Positions 27,500 to 39,685 are shown, counted from the stretch's first letter. The stretch: 64,000 nt of DNA from Vulcanimicrobiota bacterium (GCA_963820825.1 CAWGBN010000008.1:288001-352000); one strand, 5' to 3'. Made by a program: numbers and translations. The notes: generated from the letters alone by a model not told the origin.

Positions 27500-28888
27500 T
27501 TAATCTCCCTCAGCCGTATCGTTGCGCGGACGCCCGGCCGACGGCCGGCTCTCCAACTCGCGCCAATAGGACGGCGATTTGCTGCCGCCGATCTCTTTGA
27601 AGCGGCGCGGCCGCTGCTGGAAATCGAACGCGTTGGGGTCGTTCGCGGGGTCCTGCGCCCGCGCATCGCTCTTGGCCAACGGCGCTAGGCCGAAGTTATC
27701 TTCAATGAAGCGCAGCACGCTCGCGGTCTCGTATTGCTCGTGCGTCACCACGCCGCGCTTGGCATAGGGCGAGACGATCAGCAGCGGAACGCGGAAGCCC
27801 AGACCGTCGTAATCTTTGTAGACCGGCTTGACCGGATCGAACCAGCCGCCCCAGTCGTCCCAAATGATGAAGATGGCCGTCGACTTCCAGAACTTGCTCT
27901 CGCCGATCGTGTTGACTAGGCTGGCGATCCACGCCGGACCCTCCTTTGCATCGATGCTCGGATGATCGGAGGTCTCCCAAATCGGCGTGATCCAGGTGAT
28001 TGCCGCGAGTTGACCGCTGCCCACGTCGGTGAGGAACTGCGCCGGTGGATTGATGACGTTCGTGCTCCAGTCCGAGCCGTAATAGATCGCGCGATCGGCT
28101 TGATACGACGACCAGAGCCCGCCGTCGCCCTCGGTCGTACCGGCATAGAACCTCCAGTCGATCCCGGCTGCGTCGGCCTCCGAAGCGATGGTCGGATTGT
28201 CGAAGCACGCCTCGACGCGACCGCTCTTTCGCCGGTCTTTGCTCAGCGTTGGAAGCGTGTCGTGTTTTCCGCCTTCACATCCCCAGCTGCTGCTCGGATA
28301 ATCGACGGCGTGGCTGGAGTACGCAGCAACGGAGTATTGGTGCGCGACGAAGCTGCCGTCGAGATTCGAGGCGAACGTCTCGTCGCCGAGGACGTACTGC
28401 TGTGCGATCGTCCAGTACGGTACGATCTCGTCTTGCGGCACGTAGGCATACGCGAGATCCTTTGGAGCGTAGCGCGGGTTCGCTTGCGTGTCCCAGCCGT
28501 CCATCTTGCATTTCGTCCCACGTAACTTACCTTGACCGTCGCAGGCGGCGAAAAAATCGCTCGACCCGTGCCCGGGATCCCACGAGCTCCAGAGCCGGCG
28601 CGCCATCAGCTTGACTTGATTCCCCTGCGAATCGTAGCCGTACCGTGACGTAACCGCGCCGGGATAATCCATGAAGAGATTGTTGAACGAACGATTCTCT
28701 TGAATCACGAAGACCACGTGCTTAATGGGTGAGTGCGCCGTGTCGCCCTTCGACAAGCTCAGGGTGACACGACTGGGGGCGTCGCTCAGGGTGACGCCAT
28801 TAGGGCTGCAGGCCGCGAGGCATGCGGCACATAGCAACGTAAGCAAGGCTTTCGTCGTCATCGCTGAAGATGGTATCACATTATTCAT
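27500..28888 (-). CDS. Phosphoesterase lipoprotein
   Basis: LAAC lipobox, [29 protein letters not shown]. Confidence 0.9.
   Translation of the reverse strand: MNNVIPSSAMTTKALLTLLCAACLAACSPNGVTLSDAPSRVTLSLSKGDTAHSPIKHVVFVIQENRSFNNLFMDYPGAVTSRYGYDSQGNQVKLMARRLWSSWDPGHGSSDFFAACDGQGKLRGTKCKMDGWDTQANPRYAPKDLAYAYVPQDEIVPYWTIAQQYVLGDETFASNLDGSFVAHQYSVAAYSSHAVDYPSSSWGCEGGKHDTLPTLSKDRRKSGRVEACFDNPTIASEADAAGIDWRFYAGTTEGDGGLWSSYQADRAIYYGSDWSTNVINPPAQFLTDVGSGQLAAITWITPIWETSDHPSIDAKEGPAWIASLVNTIGESKFWKSTAIFIIWDDWGGWFDPVKPVYKDYDGLGFRVPLLIVSPYAKRGVVTHEQYETASVLRFIEDNFGLAPLAKSDARAQDPANDPNAFDFQQRPRRFKEIGGSKSPSYWRELESRPSAGRPRNDTAEGD
28741..28796 (-). repeat. Palindromic repeat plus extra half-copy, in-frame after the lipobox
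   Basis: Minus strand TGTCACCCT-GAGCTTGTCGA-AGGGCGACA (28741-28769) and GTCACCCTGAGC (~28784-28795); reads [16 protein letters not shown]. Confidence 0.8.
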
Positions 28889-30212
28889 AGTCCGGCGCGG
28901 AGTAATCGTCGGGCAGCGAGCGCATGAAGAACCTCGGCGGGTGCGGCGCACCGATCTTCACGAACGGGCGCGGCTTCCGGGTGAAGTCGAAGCAATCGAG
29001 CGCGGGTGACCTGGCTCGCTTGTCGGCGGCGGCGAGCTGGTTAAGGCCCCAGAGATCCTCAGCGAAGCGCAGCACGCTCGCCGTTTCGTAGCGCTTGTGC
29101 GAAACGAAGTTCTGCTTGGCGTAGGGTGAGATGACCAGCAGCGGAATGCGGAAGCCCAGCCCATCGTAATCTGCGAAGGGCGGCGCAACGTGATCGTAGA
29201 GGCCGCCCCAGTCGTCCCAGATGACGAAGATCGCCGTCGAGTTCCAGAACCGGCTCTTGCCGACGGTATTCACCAACGCGGCGACCCACGACGGGCCGTA
29301 GCCGCCGCCGCAGTTGATGTGATCGGAGTCGTCGCAGACCGGCGTGATCCAGGTGAAGTTCGCGAGCTCGCCGGCGCGTACGTCGCTGATGAACCTCCAG
29401 TTCGGCGAAATGACGTTCTTCCAGTCGGGACCGTAGCGGATGTGCTTTACCGACTGATAGCCGGACCATTCCCCGCCGTTGCTGTTCAAGCCATGCCCGT
29501 AGCGCGCGGCGTAAAAGCGCCACGAGAGCTTGGCCGCATCGAGCTCGTCTGCGAGCGTCATGTAGTCGAAGCACGGCGGGATGCCCGGGCCGATGCCGCG
29601 CTTGCGCGTGATCGTGGGAACCAGATCTTTCTTTGGTTGGCCGCAGGCCCAGCGCATCGTCGGCAGATTGACGGTCGAATCGGCCTGCGCCGCGATCGCG
29701 TACTGGTGCGCGACGAAGCTCTCGTCGAGCTGCGATTGAAAGGTCCGGTCGGCGAGCACCCATTCGTGCGCCATGTCGAAGTACGGCTTTGAATCGCGGT
29801 GCGGTACGTAGGCGTACTGCGGATTCGGCGGACCGCCGAAGGCGGACTCGTCGTTGAATCCGTCCATGCGGCACTTCGTGCCGGGCAGGGCGCCGGTGCC
29901 GTTGCAGGCCTCGAACATTGCGTCGAGCGAGTGATCGATCTCATATTGCCGGCTCAGCGGCACCGGCTGCAGCGCGATCGTCTTGCCGTCCGACTCCTTT
30001 CCTTTCGAAACGGTATCTGCGCCGGGATAACCTTGAAAGAGATTATCGAAGCTGCGGTTCTCCTGGATGATGAAGACGACGTGCTCGATCTTCCCCGCAC
30101 CCGTTGCATTAAGCTGCTGTAGCGCCGCGCCGCTACGCATGTACGGCATCATCGGCGCCCCGCACGCCGACACTGCCAGCACGAACAGGGCGCTACTCGT
30201 AATCCGGCGCAA
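28881..30212 (-). CDS. Phosphoesterase lipoprotein
   Basis: TTG start (MRRITSS..VSAC) after [28 protein letters not shown]. Confidence 0.9.
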   Translation of the reverse strand: MRRITSSALFVLAVSACGAPMMPYMRSGAALQQLNATGAGKIEHVVFIIQENRSFDNLFQGYPGADTVSKGKESDGKTIALQPVPLSRQYEIDHSLDAMFEACNGTGALPGTKCRMDGFNDESAFGGPPNPQYAYVPHRDSKPYFDMAHEWVLADRTFQSQLDESFVAHQYAIAAQADSTVNLPTMRWACGQPKKDLVPTITRKRGIGPGIPPCFDYMTLADELDAAKLSWRFYAARYGHGLNSNGGEWSGYQSVKHIRYGPDWKNVISPNWRFISDVRAGELANFTWITPVCDDSDHINCGGGYGPSWVAALVNTVGKSRFWNSTAIFVIWDDWGGLYDHVAPPFADYDGLGFRIPLLVISPYAKQNFVSHKRYETASVLRFAEDLWGLNQLAAADKRARSPALDCFDFTRKPRPFVKIGAPHPPRFFMRSLPDDYSAPDYE

Positions 30213-31539
30213 AATAATCTCCCGGGAGTTCTCGCATGAAGAATCGCGGCGCACGCGGCGCCGCAATTGGCACGAACAAACGCGGCTCGCGCTTGAAGTC
30301 GAAGCAATCGGCGGCCGGCGAAGCCGCCCGCCTGTCGGCCGCCGCCAAGGGGCTCAAACCCCAAAGGTCTTCGGCGAAGCGTAACACGCCCGCAGTCTCG
30401 TACTGTACGTGCGAGACGTAGTCGTGCTTGGCGTAGGGTGAGATCACCAGAAACGGCACGCGAAAGCCCAAGCCGTCGTAATCCTTGAACGGCGGCGGCA
30501 CGTGATCGTAGAGCCCGCCCCAATCGTCCCAGATGATGAAGATCGCCGTCGTCTTCCAGAACTTGCTCTTGCCGATTGTGTTCACTAGCGCCGCAACCCA
30601 CGACGGGCCGAAGCCGCCGCCGCACTGGACGTGATCGGAGTCCTGGCAGACCGGCGTGATCCAGGTAAAGTTCGCCAGCCTCCCCGCGCGTACGTCGGGA
30701 ATGAAGCGCCAGTTCGGAGAGACGACGTTCTTCCAATCGGGCCCATAGCGAATGTGCTTGACCGCCTCGTAGCCCGACCAGCCCGACCCACCGCCACTCG
30801 AATCGCTGCCGTATTTGCTTGCGTAAAAGCGCCACGAAAGTTTCGCAGAATCGAGCTCGTCACCGAGGGTTTCGTAGTCGAAGCACGGGGAAATGGCCGA
30901 ACCCAGCGTCCGCGCCGGCGTGATCGTCGGCACGGAGTTTCCCTTCTTGCCGCCGCAACCCCAACGTAGCGACGGCAGATCGACGCTCGAGGCCGCTTGC
31001 GCCGCGATGACGTATTGATGCGCGACGAAACTCTCGTCGAGCTGCGACTGGAAGGTTCGGTCGGCGACGACCCACTGATGCGCCATGTCGAAGTACGGTT
31101 TCGACTCGCGGTGTGGCGCGTAGACGTATTGCGGATTTCGCGGGCCGAACGCCGACCGTTCGAGGTTGAATCCGTCCATGCGGCAGTCCGTGCCGGGGAG
31201 AGGGCCGCCTCCGTCGCACGCTTCGAACATCGCCTCCGCCGAATGGTCGATATCGTAGCGGTCGGTTAGGCTCGCCGGCTGCAGCGGGATCGTCTCGCCT
31301 CTGGAGTTCTTTCCGCTCGAAACGGTGTCGGCGCCGGGATAGCCTTGGAAGAGATTATCGAAGCTGCGGTTCTCCTGGATGATGAAGACGACGTGCTCGA
31401 TCTTTCCCGCGCCGGTCGCATCGAGCTGCCGCAACGCCGCGCCCTCCTGCATATACGGAATGCCCGGCGCGCCCCCGGCGCATCCCGCCATCGCCAGCGC
31501 GAGCGCGGCGTTACTCGTAATCCGGAACAGAGTAGTCAC
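30193..31539 (-). CDS. Phosphoesterase lipoprotein
   Basis: MAGC lipobox and the same catalytic motifs; start (GTG 31539) uncertain. Confidence 0.88.
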   Translation of the reverse strand: MTTLFRITSNAALALAMAGCAGGAPGIPYMQEGAALRQLDATGAGKIEHVVFIIQENRSFDNLFQGYPGADTVSSGKNSRGETIPLQPASLTDRYDIDHSAEAMFEACDGGGPLPGTDCRMDGFNLERSAFGPRNPQYVYAPHRESKPYFDMAHQWVVADRTFQSQLDESFVAHQYVIAAQAASSVDLPSLRWGCGGKKGNSVPTITPARTLGSAISPCFDYETLGDELDSAKLSWRFYASKYGSDSSGGGSGWSGYEAVKHIRYGPDWKNVVSPNWRFIPDVRAGRLANFTWITPVCQDSDHVQCGGGFGPSWVAALVNTIGKSKFWKTTAIFIIWDDWGGLYDHVPPPFKDYDGLGFRVPFLVISPYAKHDYVSHVQYETAGVLRFAEDLWGLSPLAAADRRAASPAADCFDFKREPRLFVPIAAPRAPRFFMRELPGDYFAPDYE

Positions 31540-32845
31540 CGGGAAGCTTGCGCATGAAGAACCTCGGCGGGTGCGGCGCATCGATCTTAACGAACGGCCG
31601 CGGCCTCTGCGTGAAATCGAAGCAATCTTTGGCCGGCGACGTTGCCCGCCGGTCGGCGGCCGCCATTTGATTCAGTCCCCAGAGGTCCTCGGCGAAGCGC
31701 AGCACGCTCGCCGTCTCGAACTGCTTGTGCGAGACGACGCCGTGTTTTGCGTAGGGCGAGATGACGAGCAGCGGCACGCGAAAGCCCAGGCCATCGCGAT
31801 CGAGATACGGGGGCGCAACGTGATCGTACAGGCCGCCCCAATCGTCCCAGGTGACAAAGATCGCCGTGGAGTTCCAAAACGGACTCTTGCCGACCGTATT
31901 GACCACCGCCGTCACCCACGATGGGCCGTAACCGCCGGCGCAGTTGACGTGGTCGGAATCGTGACAGACGGGCATGATCCAGGTAAAGTTCGCCAGCTCG
32001 CCGGCGCGCACGTCGGTGATGAATTTCCAGTTCGGCGAGACGACGTTCTTCCAATCCGGGCCGTAACGGATGTGGCGCACCGCCTGGTAGCTCGACCACT
32101 GCGCGCCGTCGCCGCTCGCCCGGCTGCCGTACCAGCTGGCATAGAACCGCCATGAAAGCTTCGATTTGTCGAGCTCGTCACCGAGCGTCGTATAGTCGTA
32201 GCACGGTTTGATCCGCGGGCCGTCCGGGTCGCGCGTTTTGGTGATCGTGGCGACGAGATCGTCCTTTCCGTTTCCGCAGCCCCACTCGTGGGTCGGCAGA
32301 TTGACGCTCCATGCCGCCTGCGCGGCGATGATGTACTGATGCGCGGCGTAGCTCTCGTCGATCTGCGATTGAAACATCCGGTCTGCCAGCACCCATTCGC
32401 GTGCCATGTCGAAGTACGGCTTCGACTCGCGATGCGGCACGTAAACGTACTCCGGGTTCGGAGGCCCGAAGATCGATTTCTCTTTATCGAAGCCGTCCAT
32501 CGCGCAATCGGTGCCGGGTAGCTTACCCGTTCCGTTGCACGCCGCAAACATGGCCTGCGCCGAGTGATCGATCTCATACCATTTCGTCAGGCTGACCGGC
32601 TTGAGACGAATCGTTTCGCCTAAGGAGTTCTTTCCCTTGGAGACGGTATCGGCTCCCGGATAGCCCTGGAAGAGATTATCGAAGCTGCGGTTCTCTTGGA
32701 CGATGAAGATCACGTGCTCGATCTTCCCCGCACCGGTCGCCTTGAGCGCACGCAGTGCCGCGCCGTGCTGCATGTAGGGCAGCGAGCCTTGCCCACACCC
32801 CGTCAACGCCAGCGCGAGCGCGGCGCTACTCGTAATCCGGCGCAA
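31511..32845 (-). CDS. Phosphoesterase lipoprotein
   Basis: LTGC lipobox, [23 protein letters not shown]. Confidence 0.9.
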   Translation of the reverse strand: MRRITSSAALALALTGCGQGSLPYMQHGAALRALKATGAGKIEHVIFIVQENRSFDNLFQGYPGADTVSKGKNSLGETIRLKPVSLTKWYEIDHSAQAMFAACNGTGKLPGTDCAMDGFDKEKSIFGPPNPEYVYVPHRESKPYFDMAREWVLADRMFQSQIDESYAAHQYIIAAQAAWSVNLPTHEWGCGNGKDDLVATITKTRDPDGPRIKPCYDYTTLGDELDKSKLSWRFYASWYGSRASGDGAQWSSYQAVRHIRYGPDWKNVVSPNWKFITDVRAGELANFTWIMPVCHDSDHVNCAGGYGPSWVTAVVNTVGKSPFWNSTAIFVTWDDWGGLYDHVAPPYLDRDGLGFRVPLLVISPYAKHGVVSHKQFETASVLRFAEDLWGLNQMAAADRRATSPAKDCFDFTQRPRPFVKIDAPHPPRFFMRKLPGDYSVPDYE

Positions 32846-34181
32846 AGTAATCGTTGGGAAGCGAGCGCATGAAGAACTTCGGCGGATACGGCGCCGCGAT
32901 CTTCACGAACGGCCGCGGTTGCTGGTTGAAGTCGAAGCAATCGTCGGCGGGTGAGGCCGCGCGCCGGTCGGCGGCGTGGAGCTGCTTGAGGCCGAAGAGG
33001 TTCTCGGCGAAACGCAGGACGCTCGCCGTCTCGTACTGTTTGTGCGAGACGTAGTCTCTCTTGGCATAGGGTGAGATCACGAGCAGCGGGATGCGGAAAC
33101 CGAGCCCGTCGTAATCTTTATACGGCGGCGGAACGTGATCGTAGAGCCCGCCCCAATCGTCCCAGAGCACGAAGATCGCGGTCGATTTCCAAAACTTGCT
33201 CTGGCCCAGGGTATTGACCAGCGCCGCAACCCATGACGGCCCGTACCCGCCGCTGCAGTTGACGTGGTCGGAATCGTCACAGACCGGCGTGATCCAGGTG
33301 AAGGCGGCGAGCTTTCCGGCACGCACGTCGGTGATGAACTTCCAGTTCGGCGAGATGACGTCTCTCTTCCAATCGGGACCGTAATAGATGTGCTTCACGG
33401 CCTGATAGGCCGACCATTCGCCGCCGTCGCCCTGCGAACGATTCCCGTAGGAACCGGCGTAGAATCGCCACGGAAGATGCGCATCGTCAAGCTCGTCGCC
33501 GAGTGTCTCATAGTTGAAGCACGGCGGTTCCTTGGCTCCGTACTGGCGATTCTTGGTGATCGTTGCAACCGTCTCTTGCGAGCCGCCCTCGCAACCCCAC
33601 GCCAAGCCGAACGGCACGTTCACGGCGGATGCCGCTTGCGCGGCGATAACGTACTGATGCGCCACGAAGCTTTCGTCGAGCTGCGATTGAAACGTGCGAT
33701 CGCTCAGCACCCACTCGTGCGCCATGTCGAAATACGGCTTCGTATCCACATGCGGGACGTAGACGTACATCGGATAGCGGTTGCCGTGCGGCCCGCCGCT
33801 GTGCCCCTCCTGGTCGAAGCCGTCCATCCGGCACTTCGTCCCTGGCAGCGTTCCAGTACCGTTGCAGTCGGCGAACATCGCGGCGGACGAATGATCGAGG
33901 ACGTATTGTTCGGAGAGCGGGACCGGCTGGAGCGGCACGCGGTTTCCATGGGAGTCTTTGCCGCTCGAGACGGTGTCCGCGTGCGGATAGCCCTGAAAGA
34001 GATCGTCGAAACTGCGATTCTCTTGCACGATGAAGACGACGTGCTCGATCTTCCCGGCACCCGTCGCGCCGAGCGCACGTATCACCGCACCGTGCCGCAT
34101 GTACGGCAACACGGTGTCACCGTGGGCGCTAGAACAGCCCACCAGAGCAACGGCGAAAATCCAGAACGGTATCCGGTTCAT
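32826..34181 (-). CDS. Phosphoesterase lipoprotein (first gene of array 1)
   Basis: [16 protein letters not shown]; same motifs. Confidence 0.9.
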   Translation of the reverse strand: MNRIPFWIFAVALVGCSSAHGDTVLPYMRHGAVIRALGATGAGKIEHVVFIVQENRSFDDLFQGYPHADTVSSGKDSHGNRVPLQPVPLSEQYVLDHSSAAMFADCNGTGTLPGTKCRMDGFDQEGHSGGPHGNRYPMYVYVPHVDTKPYFDMAHEWVLSDRTFQSQLDESFVAHQYVIAAQAASAVNVPFGLAWGCEGGSQETVATITKNRQYGAKEPPCFNYETLGDELDDAHLPWRFYAGSYGNRSQGDGGEWSAYQAVKHIYYGPDWKRDVISPNWKFITDVRAGKLAAFTWITPVCDDSDHVNCSGGYGPSWVAALVNTLGQSKFWKSTAIFVLWDDWGGLYDHVPPPYKDYDGLGFRIPLLVISPYAKRDYVSHKQYETASVLRFAENLFGLKQLHAADRRAASPADDCFDFNQQPRPFVKIAAPYPPKFFMRSLPNDYFAPDYE

Positions 34182-34273
34182 CGGTCCGGTACTCTTGGGC
34201 GAGGGCCAATGGGACCCTTGCATCTAACCGGCGAAAATATCGGTCCTTCGGACCCGGCAGAAGGGAGGCCGCT

Positions 34274-34475
34274 ATGGTGATTCCTTTCGCTGTTGCTCGC
34301 GGCATTTACGTTCGCGGCGATCCCGCTCGACGAGACCGGCAACCAAGGCAACGCCATCGTCCGCGGCACCGTGCGCGACAATGTGCGGCAACGAAACGTC
34401 GGCGGCGCGGCGGTATACGCAATCTCGAACGTCGACGTTCAAGCGACGCCGAGCGATCAGAAACCGTGTGGGTGA
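34274..34475 (+). pseudogene. Truncated secreted-protein fragment (carboxypeptidase-regulatory-like start)
   Basis: GGGAGG RBS, signal-like LLLAAFTFAA, IVRGTVRD...VGGAAVYA, then an abrupt end. Confidence 0.4.
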
Positions 34476-34576
34476 TGAACGCCTGCCATTGACCGTCGCC
34501 CCATGAGAGCAATTGAAAAAGGGCCCTCAAAGGGCCCTTCCAGGGAGGTGACTCGGCCGCTTAATCGCCGGCCTTT

Positions 34577-35159
34577 TCAACCTCGAAGGTATAATAGCCG
34601 TCGGGACGCTTCCCGCTTTCCGGAAGGTCCGAGGCGATCTCGCGGCTGCTTATGCCCTGGGCTAGTTCCCTGTTGCTCTCTGCGAACCGCTGTCGGAGGA
34701 GTTCCTCGATGCTCATTCTTGAACCCATTATAGCCATCCAGTGCTAGGAACACAACTAACGCTGCTACGGTTACCCAAAGCAGCCACTTAAATGATCGGC
34801 TTTTGCTCGCAACCAGGTCATCATTGTAGTGTATCGCGTTTATCTTCTCGAGAATGACGCTATCTCTGACGCGTTTAGGATTACGAATATAATCACCCGC
34901 GAAGCGTGCGGCCCTTGGGGCGCGCCTATACGGTCTTAGGCTCAGAGAAATTAACGTAAGCACGGTAAGGACCGTAAACGCTAATGCCCCCGCGAAACCG
35001 GGCCAATCCTTTGCCAAACTGTTCTTCCTGAAGCTCGAGCAACGGAAGAACGACCGCGGCCGCCCTCTCGTTATCGGCGTCATCATTGCGTGAGCTCGTG
35101 TCGCGCACCGATTCGAGAACGCTTCTAACCGCTCTTAAAAGCTCGGTGACTCCTTGCAA
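34577..35159 (-). pseudogene. Degraded AT-richer membrane-protein gene
   Basis: Two overlapping ORFs (34926..35159 and 34577..35086), two TM segments, atypical codon usage. Confidence 0.4.
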
Positions 35160-35439
35160 CGTCTCCGGGATGTTACGAATACTTTACAGGACTCCAAGTC
35201 TCAGCGATGGCTCCGGCATATCGTCCGGACCGTCCACGTTCTCAATCATATCATTCTGAAAGATGCTTGGTCCACGAAGTACCCAGTCGCCGGAGACGGG
35301 TAGCGCTATCCCCAAAGCGGCCGATCATCCGATCCCCATCGAGGCTGCCGATGAGTAGAGTCCCTAACAGAATTTAGAGAATCTTGACTTTCGGCGCGTA
35401 GATAGGTTTGAAGGAGCTCTGCTTCGAGGAGGTTTACCG

Positions 35440-35901
35440 ATGCTGCGTAGAGTCGATCTGCTTTCAATGGCCGCCGGGCTTTTGTTATTGGCGGGATGCG
35501 CGTCCGGGCAGACTGCATCTCAAACAGGCGCCCCTGCCGCGCTCCCCATGCAACGAGGGCACTCACCCTCAACAATTCAACCGGACAAAGGTTGCGCCGG
35601 CTCACGTCACGTCGACATGACTCCCTGTCCGGTTCTACTCACGGCCGATACCAAAGATGGCATCGTGGTAACCGTCAAAGGGCGGCATGTCGCCGATTCG
35701 GCGATCGGCAAGATGACTTCGTGTTTTAACGCCGATCACTGCTACAACGTGGCGCGCGTCGGTAGCAGTCGAACGCAGTGGCTCTTCACATCGGGGCCGG
35801 CCTGCGGAGACGCACTCGTCAAGTTCCGCGCGCGCAATGCGGACGGACGCAGGATTGGGATCTATTACCTGGAGGTCTCCAACACGTACTGCCCGAGCTA
35901 G
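35440..35901 (+). CDS. Cys-rich hypothetical lipoprotein
   Basis: LAGC lipobox, GAGGAGG RBS, six further Cys. Confidence 0.75.
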   Translation: MLRRVDLLSMAAGLLLLAGCASGQTASQTGAPAALPMQRGHSPSTIQPDKGCAGSRHVDMTPCPVLLTADTKDGIVVTVKGRHVADSAIGKMTSCFNADHCYNVARVGSSRTQWLFTSGPACGDALVKFRARNADGRRIGIYYLEVSNTYCPS

Positions 35902-35918
35902 AGCCTCCGAAGAGAGTA

Positions 35919-35952
35919 TCGGGGGCGACCCATCGGCATTGTCCGCCCCCGA
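35919..35952. terminator. Hairpin between convergent genes
   Basis: TCGGGGGCG ... CGCCCCCGA inverted repeat. Confidence 0.5.
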
Positions 35953-35963
35953 CCCCAGCTACG

Positions 35964-36125
35964 TTAGAGCGAGCCCGCGACGCCGTTGAACATGCCGTTG
36001 AGGCCGGTACCCAATGCTTTTACACCAACGACGGCAACTAGAGCGATGAACGCGACCAGCAAACCATATTCGACCATCGTTGCGCCTTCGTCGTTGTTGA
36101 TCAGGGACTTGAGGATAGTAAGCAA
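35964..36125 (-). CDS. flp: Flp family type IVb pilin
   Basis: Translated by hand: MLTILKSLINNDEG/ATMVEYGLLVAFIALVAVVGVKALG...SL, with G|xxxxEY motif; AAGGGAG RBS. Confidence 0.92.
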   Translation of the reverse strand: MLTILKSLINNDEGATMVEYGLLVAFIALVAVVGVKALGTGLNGMFNGVAGSL

Positions 36126-36260
36126 GGTGTGTCTCCCTTAAAATGTGAGATGTGACGAAACTTGCCGCTTTCTTAAGCGGCTCGCCGACAATGGTACCAC
36201 GTTGCTATCCAGGCCGCTATGGTGCGTTTGTACCGACTCGTAAACGGCGGGCACTAATCG

Positions 36261-36336
36261 TGGTGGGCGATGACGGGCTCGAACCGCCGACATCCTCCTT
36301 GTAAGGGAGGCGCTCTCCCAGCTGAGCTAATCGCCC
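36261..36336 (-). tRNA. tRNA-Val(TAC)
   Basis: GGGCGATTAGCTCAGCTGGGAGAGC...CTTACAA...GGTTCGAGCCC...TCGCCCACCA, 76 nt with encoded CCA. Confidence 0.97.
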
Positions 36337-36352
36337 TCGCGGATCGCCTCGG

Positions 36353-37897
36353 TCACCACGGGAAATGGCGCCGGTTGGCCAGTTTGAACGTGACGTAGGC
36401 GAGAGCCTTCGTCGCAAGTTCCAATATGAACGGATCGTTGTTCGAGAGATTGTCGCACCAGCGATGCGGATGGTCGACGCAGCCACCGTTAAAGCTCGGG
36501 ATCTTGCCCTCGTAGTTGCCGAGGAAGCCGCCCCAGACGTTCTTCTCCCACGGATGCTTGCAGCAGTCTTGCTCGGTGAGAATGCCCGAGTTGGGAACGC
36601 CGACGAGGCTGAAGGCAAACGAGTCGGTTCCGTCGTTGCCGAAGCGCGCCGGGCGTCCGATCACGCCGCCGGCATGGAAGTAATCCTTGAAATAATCGTT
36701 GCCGATCTTTGAGTCGGGAACGACGTTGGGTGGAAAACGCTTTACCTTGGTGGCGTGCGCCGGATCGGCGATGAGGATGTCGTAGTTCGGCGTCGCCGTC
36801 ACGTCGGCATCAATGTCGAAGACGATATCCTGGAGCTCCGATTTCGCGAGATGCGTGGTGTAGTAGCGCGAGCCCAACAGTCCGAGCTCCTCGCCGCCGA
36901 ACCAGATGTAGCGGAGCCGATTGACCGTGTGCGTCTTTGCCAGGTTGAGCGCGATCTCAAGAATCGATGTCGAGCCCGAAGCGTTGTCGAGCATTCCAGC
37001 GCCGTAGATTGCGTCGAGGTGCGCGTCGACGACCACGACACGCTGAGGATTGCCGTACGGCGAATCGGCGATCACGTTGTAATCGAGATCGCTGCGCGAC
37101 TGCTTCCGGATCTCGATGCGAACGACCGGCGCGCGTCCGGAGAGAGATCGGTGCACGAGATCGAGGCCGACTTGCGACGTGACGACGCCGGCGACCGGAA
37201 CGCGCGCGGGATCGATCAGCCGCGCCTCGTAGGCGCCGCGCCGCGGATCGTCAGCGTAAAGAATCACCGCAGCGGCGCCGGCCGACTCCGCGTTCTCGAC
37301 CTGCGTATCGAAATCGCAATCGCCGGCCTCCAGTAACGCAACGTGACCGCGGGAGAAACCCGCGAGATCGCCCGGCGAGCAGCCGGCCGCAGAGCCTGCC
37401 GGCGCTTCGACCGCAGCCGTCACCGCCCCGGCGCCCGAAAGCCGCGCAACGTACCAATCGCGCTCGAGTGCATAGTTGTTATCACTCGTGCGAAAAACGG
37501 GCACGCCGACGACTTCGGATTTCTTATAGACGTACTGCTGAATCGTTACGTTATAGCCGGCTTTTCGCATGAGCCCGGCGACGTAGGCAACCGAAGCGGC
37601 GTAACCCGGCGTTCCGGTGTCGCGATTGGGATGGCCTTGGCCGCCGGGGTTCTGATCGGCGATCCGCTGAAAATGCGCTAACCGGCGCCAGAGCGAGGCC
37701 CGCGCAATGCACGCTTCGAGCTTCGCCAAGGTATCGTTGACCCGGCGCTCGCAGCTTCGCGGCCCCAGCGCTCGGCCGGCGCTCGGCGCGGCGTCGCCGG
37801 CCGGCACGGAAGGCGCCTGCTGCAGTCCCGCCGGCTGGCAAGCGGTCAATGCGCACAGCAAAACGGAAAGCGCGAGGCGACCGATCAGGTTTAACAT
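36353..37897 (-). CDS. M28 family aminopeptidase lipoprotein with PA domain
   Basis: LTAC lipobox, AHLD, DNASG, GEELGLLGS. Confidence 0.9.
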   Translation of the reverse strand: MLNLIGRLALSVLLCALTACQPAGLQQAPSVPAGDAAPSAGRALGPRSCERRVNDTLAKLEACIARASLWRRLAHFQRIADQNPGGQGHPNRDTGTPGYAASVAYVAGLMRKAGYNVTIQQYVYKKSEVVGVPVFRTSDNNYALERDWYVARLSGAGAVTAAVEAPAGSAAGCSPGDLAGFSRGHVALLEAGDCDFDTQVENAESAGAAAVILYADDPRRGAYEARLIDPARVPVAGVVTSQVGLDLVHRSLSGRAPVVRIEIRKQSRSDLDYNVIADSPYGNPQRVVVVDAHLDAIYGAGMLDNASGSTSILEIALNLAKTHTVNRLRYIWFGGEELGLLGSRYYTTHLAKSELQDIVFDIDADVTATPNYDILIADPAHATKVKRFPPNVVPDSKIGNDYFKDYFHAGGVIGRPARFGNDGTDSFAFSLVGVPNSGILTEQDCCKHPWEKNVWGGFLGNYEGKIPSFNGGCVDHPHRWCDNLSNNDPFILELATKALAYVTFKLANRRHFPW

Positions 37898-37947
37898 CGC
37901 TCGCACGCCGGGAAGGTTCCAAAGTGTACGCACATCCCGAGACGAGC

Positions 37948-38343
37948 TTGAACAAGCACTACCAGGCCGCCTACACCAGCGACATCCGAAACGTGGCGCT
38001 GGCGCGCCAGGAGATTGCTCGCTTTGCGATCGCGTGCGGATTCTCGGAGGAGGACGTCTCGGATATCCGCCTGGCCGCCGGCGAAGCGCTGAGCAATGCG
38101 GTCGAACATGGCTGCGCGACCTCCGACCGCAGCTTCACCGTGAGGTGCGGGTTTGACGGGGAGCGACTCACGATCGTGATTCAAGACAGCGGTCGCGGCT
38201 TTGCCGAGCCGGTCCACCGGGTGAGCGTCGAACCCGACGACCGCGGACGCGGCTTCGGCATCTTCTTGATGCGCCGCTTGATGGACGAAGTCTCCTTCGC
38301 GCGCAACGGGAGCGTCGTGCGGCTTGTCCGCCGACATCCCTAG
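37948..38343 (+). CDS. RsbW-like anti-sigma factor / HATPase_c protein
   Basis: EALSNAVEHG, IQDSGRGF, GRGFGIFLMRRLMDEV. Confidence 0.88.
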   Translation: MNKHYQAAYTSDIRNVALARQEIARFAIACGFSEEDVSDIRLAAGEALSNAVEHGCATSDRSFTVRCGFDGERLTIVIQDSGRGFAEPVHRVSVEPDDRGRGFGIFLMRRLMDEVSFARNGSVVRLVRRHP

Positions 38344-38350
38344 CTCGCGC

Positions 38351-39685
38351 TTAGGTCTTATTCGTCGCGATCTTCTTCTGCAGCAACGCGATGGCGGCGC
38401 GCAGCTGAGCGTCGGTCGCGACGTCACCGAACCGGGCGTCGCGGTTCTCGTCGACGCGAACGTCCGGGTCGATTCCGCGCAGATTGATGTCGCGCCGGCT
38501 CGGCGTGAGATAGTGCGCGGTCGTGATTTTGATTGCGGCGCCGTCGGGCAGCGGCGTGAGCGTCTGCATGACACCCTTTCCGAAGGTCTTCGCGCCGACG
38601 AGCATCCCGATGCCGTCATCTTGCAGCGCTCCGGCGGTGATCTCCGACGCCGACGCGGTGTATTGATTCACCAGCACCGTCACCGGCAAGCTGATCGACG
38701 GATTGCCGTCGGCATCGATCGTGGTGGCGCGTTTGCCGCGCTCTTCGACCGTAAGCAACGCCTTGTTCGCGATGAAGCGCGAGCTGATGTCGAGCGCCGA
38801 GTTGACGTATCCGCCGCCGTCGTTGCGGAGATCGAGCACGAGCGCCTTGGCTCCCAGTGCGTTGAGGCGCGAAACCGCCGTATCGAACTCGTTGGGCGTC
38901 GCTCGGCCGAACTCCATCACCCAAACGTATCCGATGCCGTCGGCAAGCATCTTGAAGACGACGGTCGGCGGCTGCACGTCCTCACGCGTGATCGTGAAAA
39001 CGGCCGGAGCGTTGGCGTGCTGCACCGATACGGCGACGACGGTCCCGGATTTGCCGCGAAGCCGCCCGCTGACGACGTCGACGGTTTGACCCTTCGTGGA
39101 GACTCCGTCGATGGCCGTGACGACGTCGCCGACCGCCATCCCCGCGCGTTCGGCCGGCGTCGCGGGCAATACGTACGTTACCCGTACGCATCCCGTTGCC
39201 TGATCGGGCTCGATCATCACCCCGATGCCGCTGATCTTTTCGGGATCGAGAGCCTGGTTAAACGCCTTGAACTCGGCGGGCGTAAAGAACTGCGTGTACC
39301 GGTCGTTGGTTGCCTTCGCCATTCCCGCGATGGCGGCGTACGCAAAATCGCTCGGCGATGCGTGCGCGGTGCGCGCGGCCGACGCAATCGCGCCGTCGAG
39401 CTCGGCGAGCGTCGCGTCGCGATCGCCCTCCACTTTCAGCGTCGGCGGAGCCATCGTCACGCCGTGCTTGTGCGCGGCATCTGAAAGCGCGTTGGCTGCG
39501 GCCGCAAGCAGCGCTTGCGGATCGACCGTGTCGTAGTAGGTGCCGGTTAGAAGTTGGAAGCTCTCGGTTACGTCGCCGGCGACTTGATACGGAAGCGCGG
39601 GCGGCGCAGACGTCGCGCCCAAGCAGAGCGCGAACAATGCGGAGATGGCAACGGTACGTCCAACGAGCTCAGAAAACGGCTTCAT
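38351..39685 (-). CDS. S41 C-terminal processing peptidase with PDZ domain
   Basis: GIGV, LDLRNDGGG, TASASEI, TFGKG. Confidence 0.93.
   Translation of the reverse strand: MKPFSELVGRTVAISALFALCLGATSAPPALPYQVAGDVTESFQLLTGTYYDTVDPQALLAAAANALSDAAHKHGVTMAPPTLKVEGDRDATLAELDGAIASAARTAHASPSDFAYAAIAGMAKATNDRYTQFFTPAEFKAFNQALDPEKISGIGVMIEPDQATGCVRVTYVLPATPAERAGMAVGDVVTAIDGVSTKGQTVDVVSGRLRGKSGTVVAVSVQHANAPAVFTITREDVQPPTVVFKMLADGIGYVWVMEFGRATPNEFDTAVSRLNALGAKALVLDLRNDGGGYVNSALDISSRFIANKALLTVEERGKRATTIDADGNPSISLPVTVLVNQYTASASEITAGALQDDGIGMLVGAKTFGKGVMQTLTPLPDGAAIKITTAHYLTPSRRDINLRGIDPDVRVDENRDARFGDVATDAQLRAAIALLQKKIATNKT

Noticed and set aside
36217..36618. 133-aa ORF spanning the tRNA
   Set aside because: Overlaps tRNA-Val and the M28 gene in another frame; spurious.
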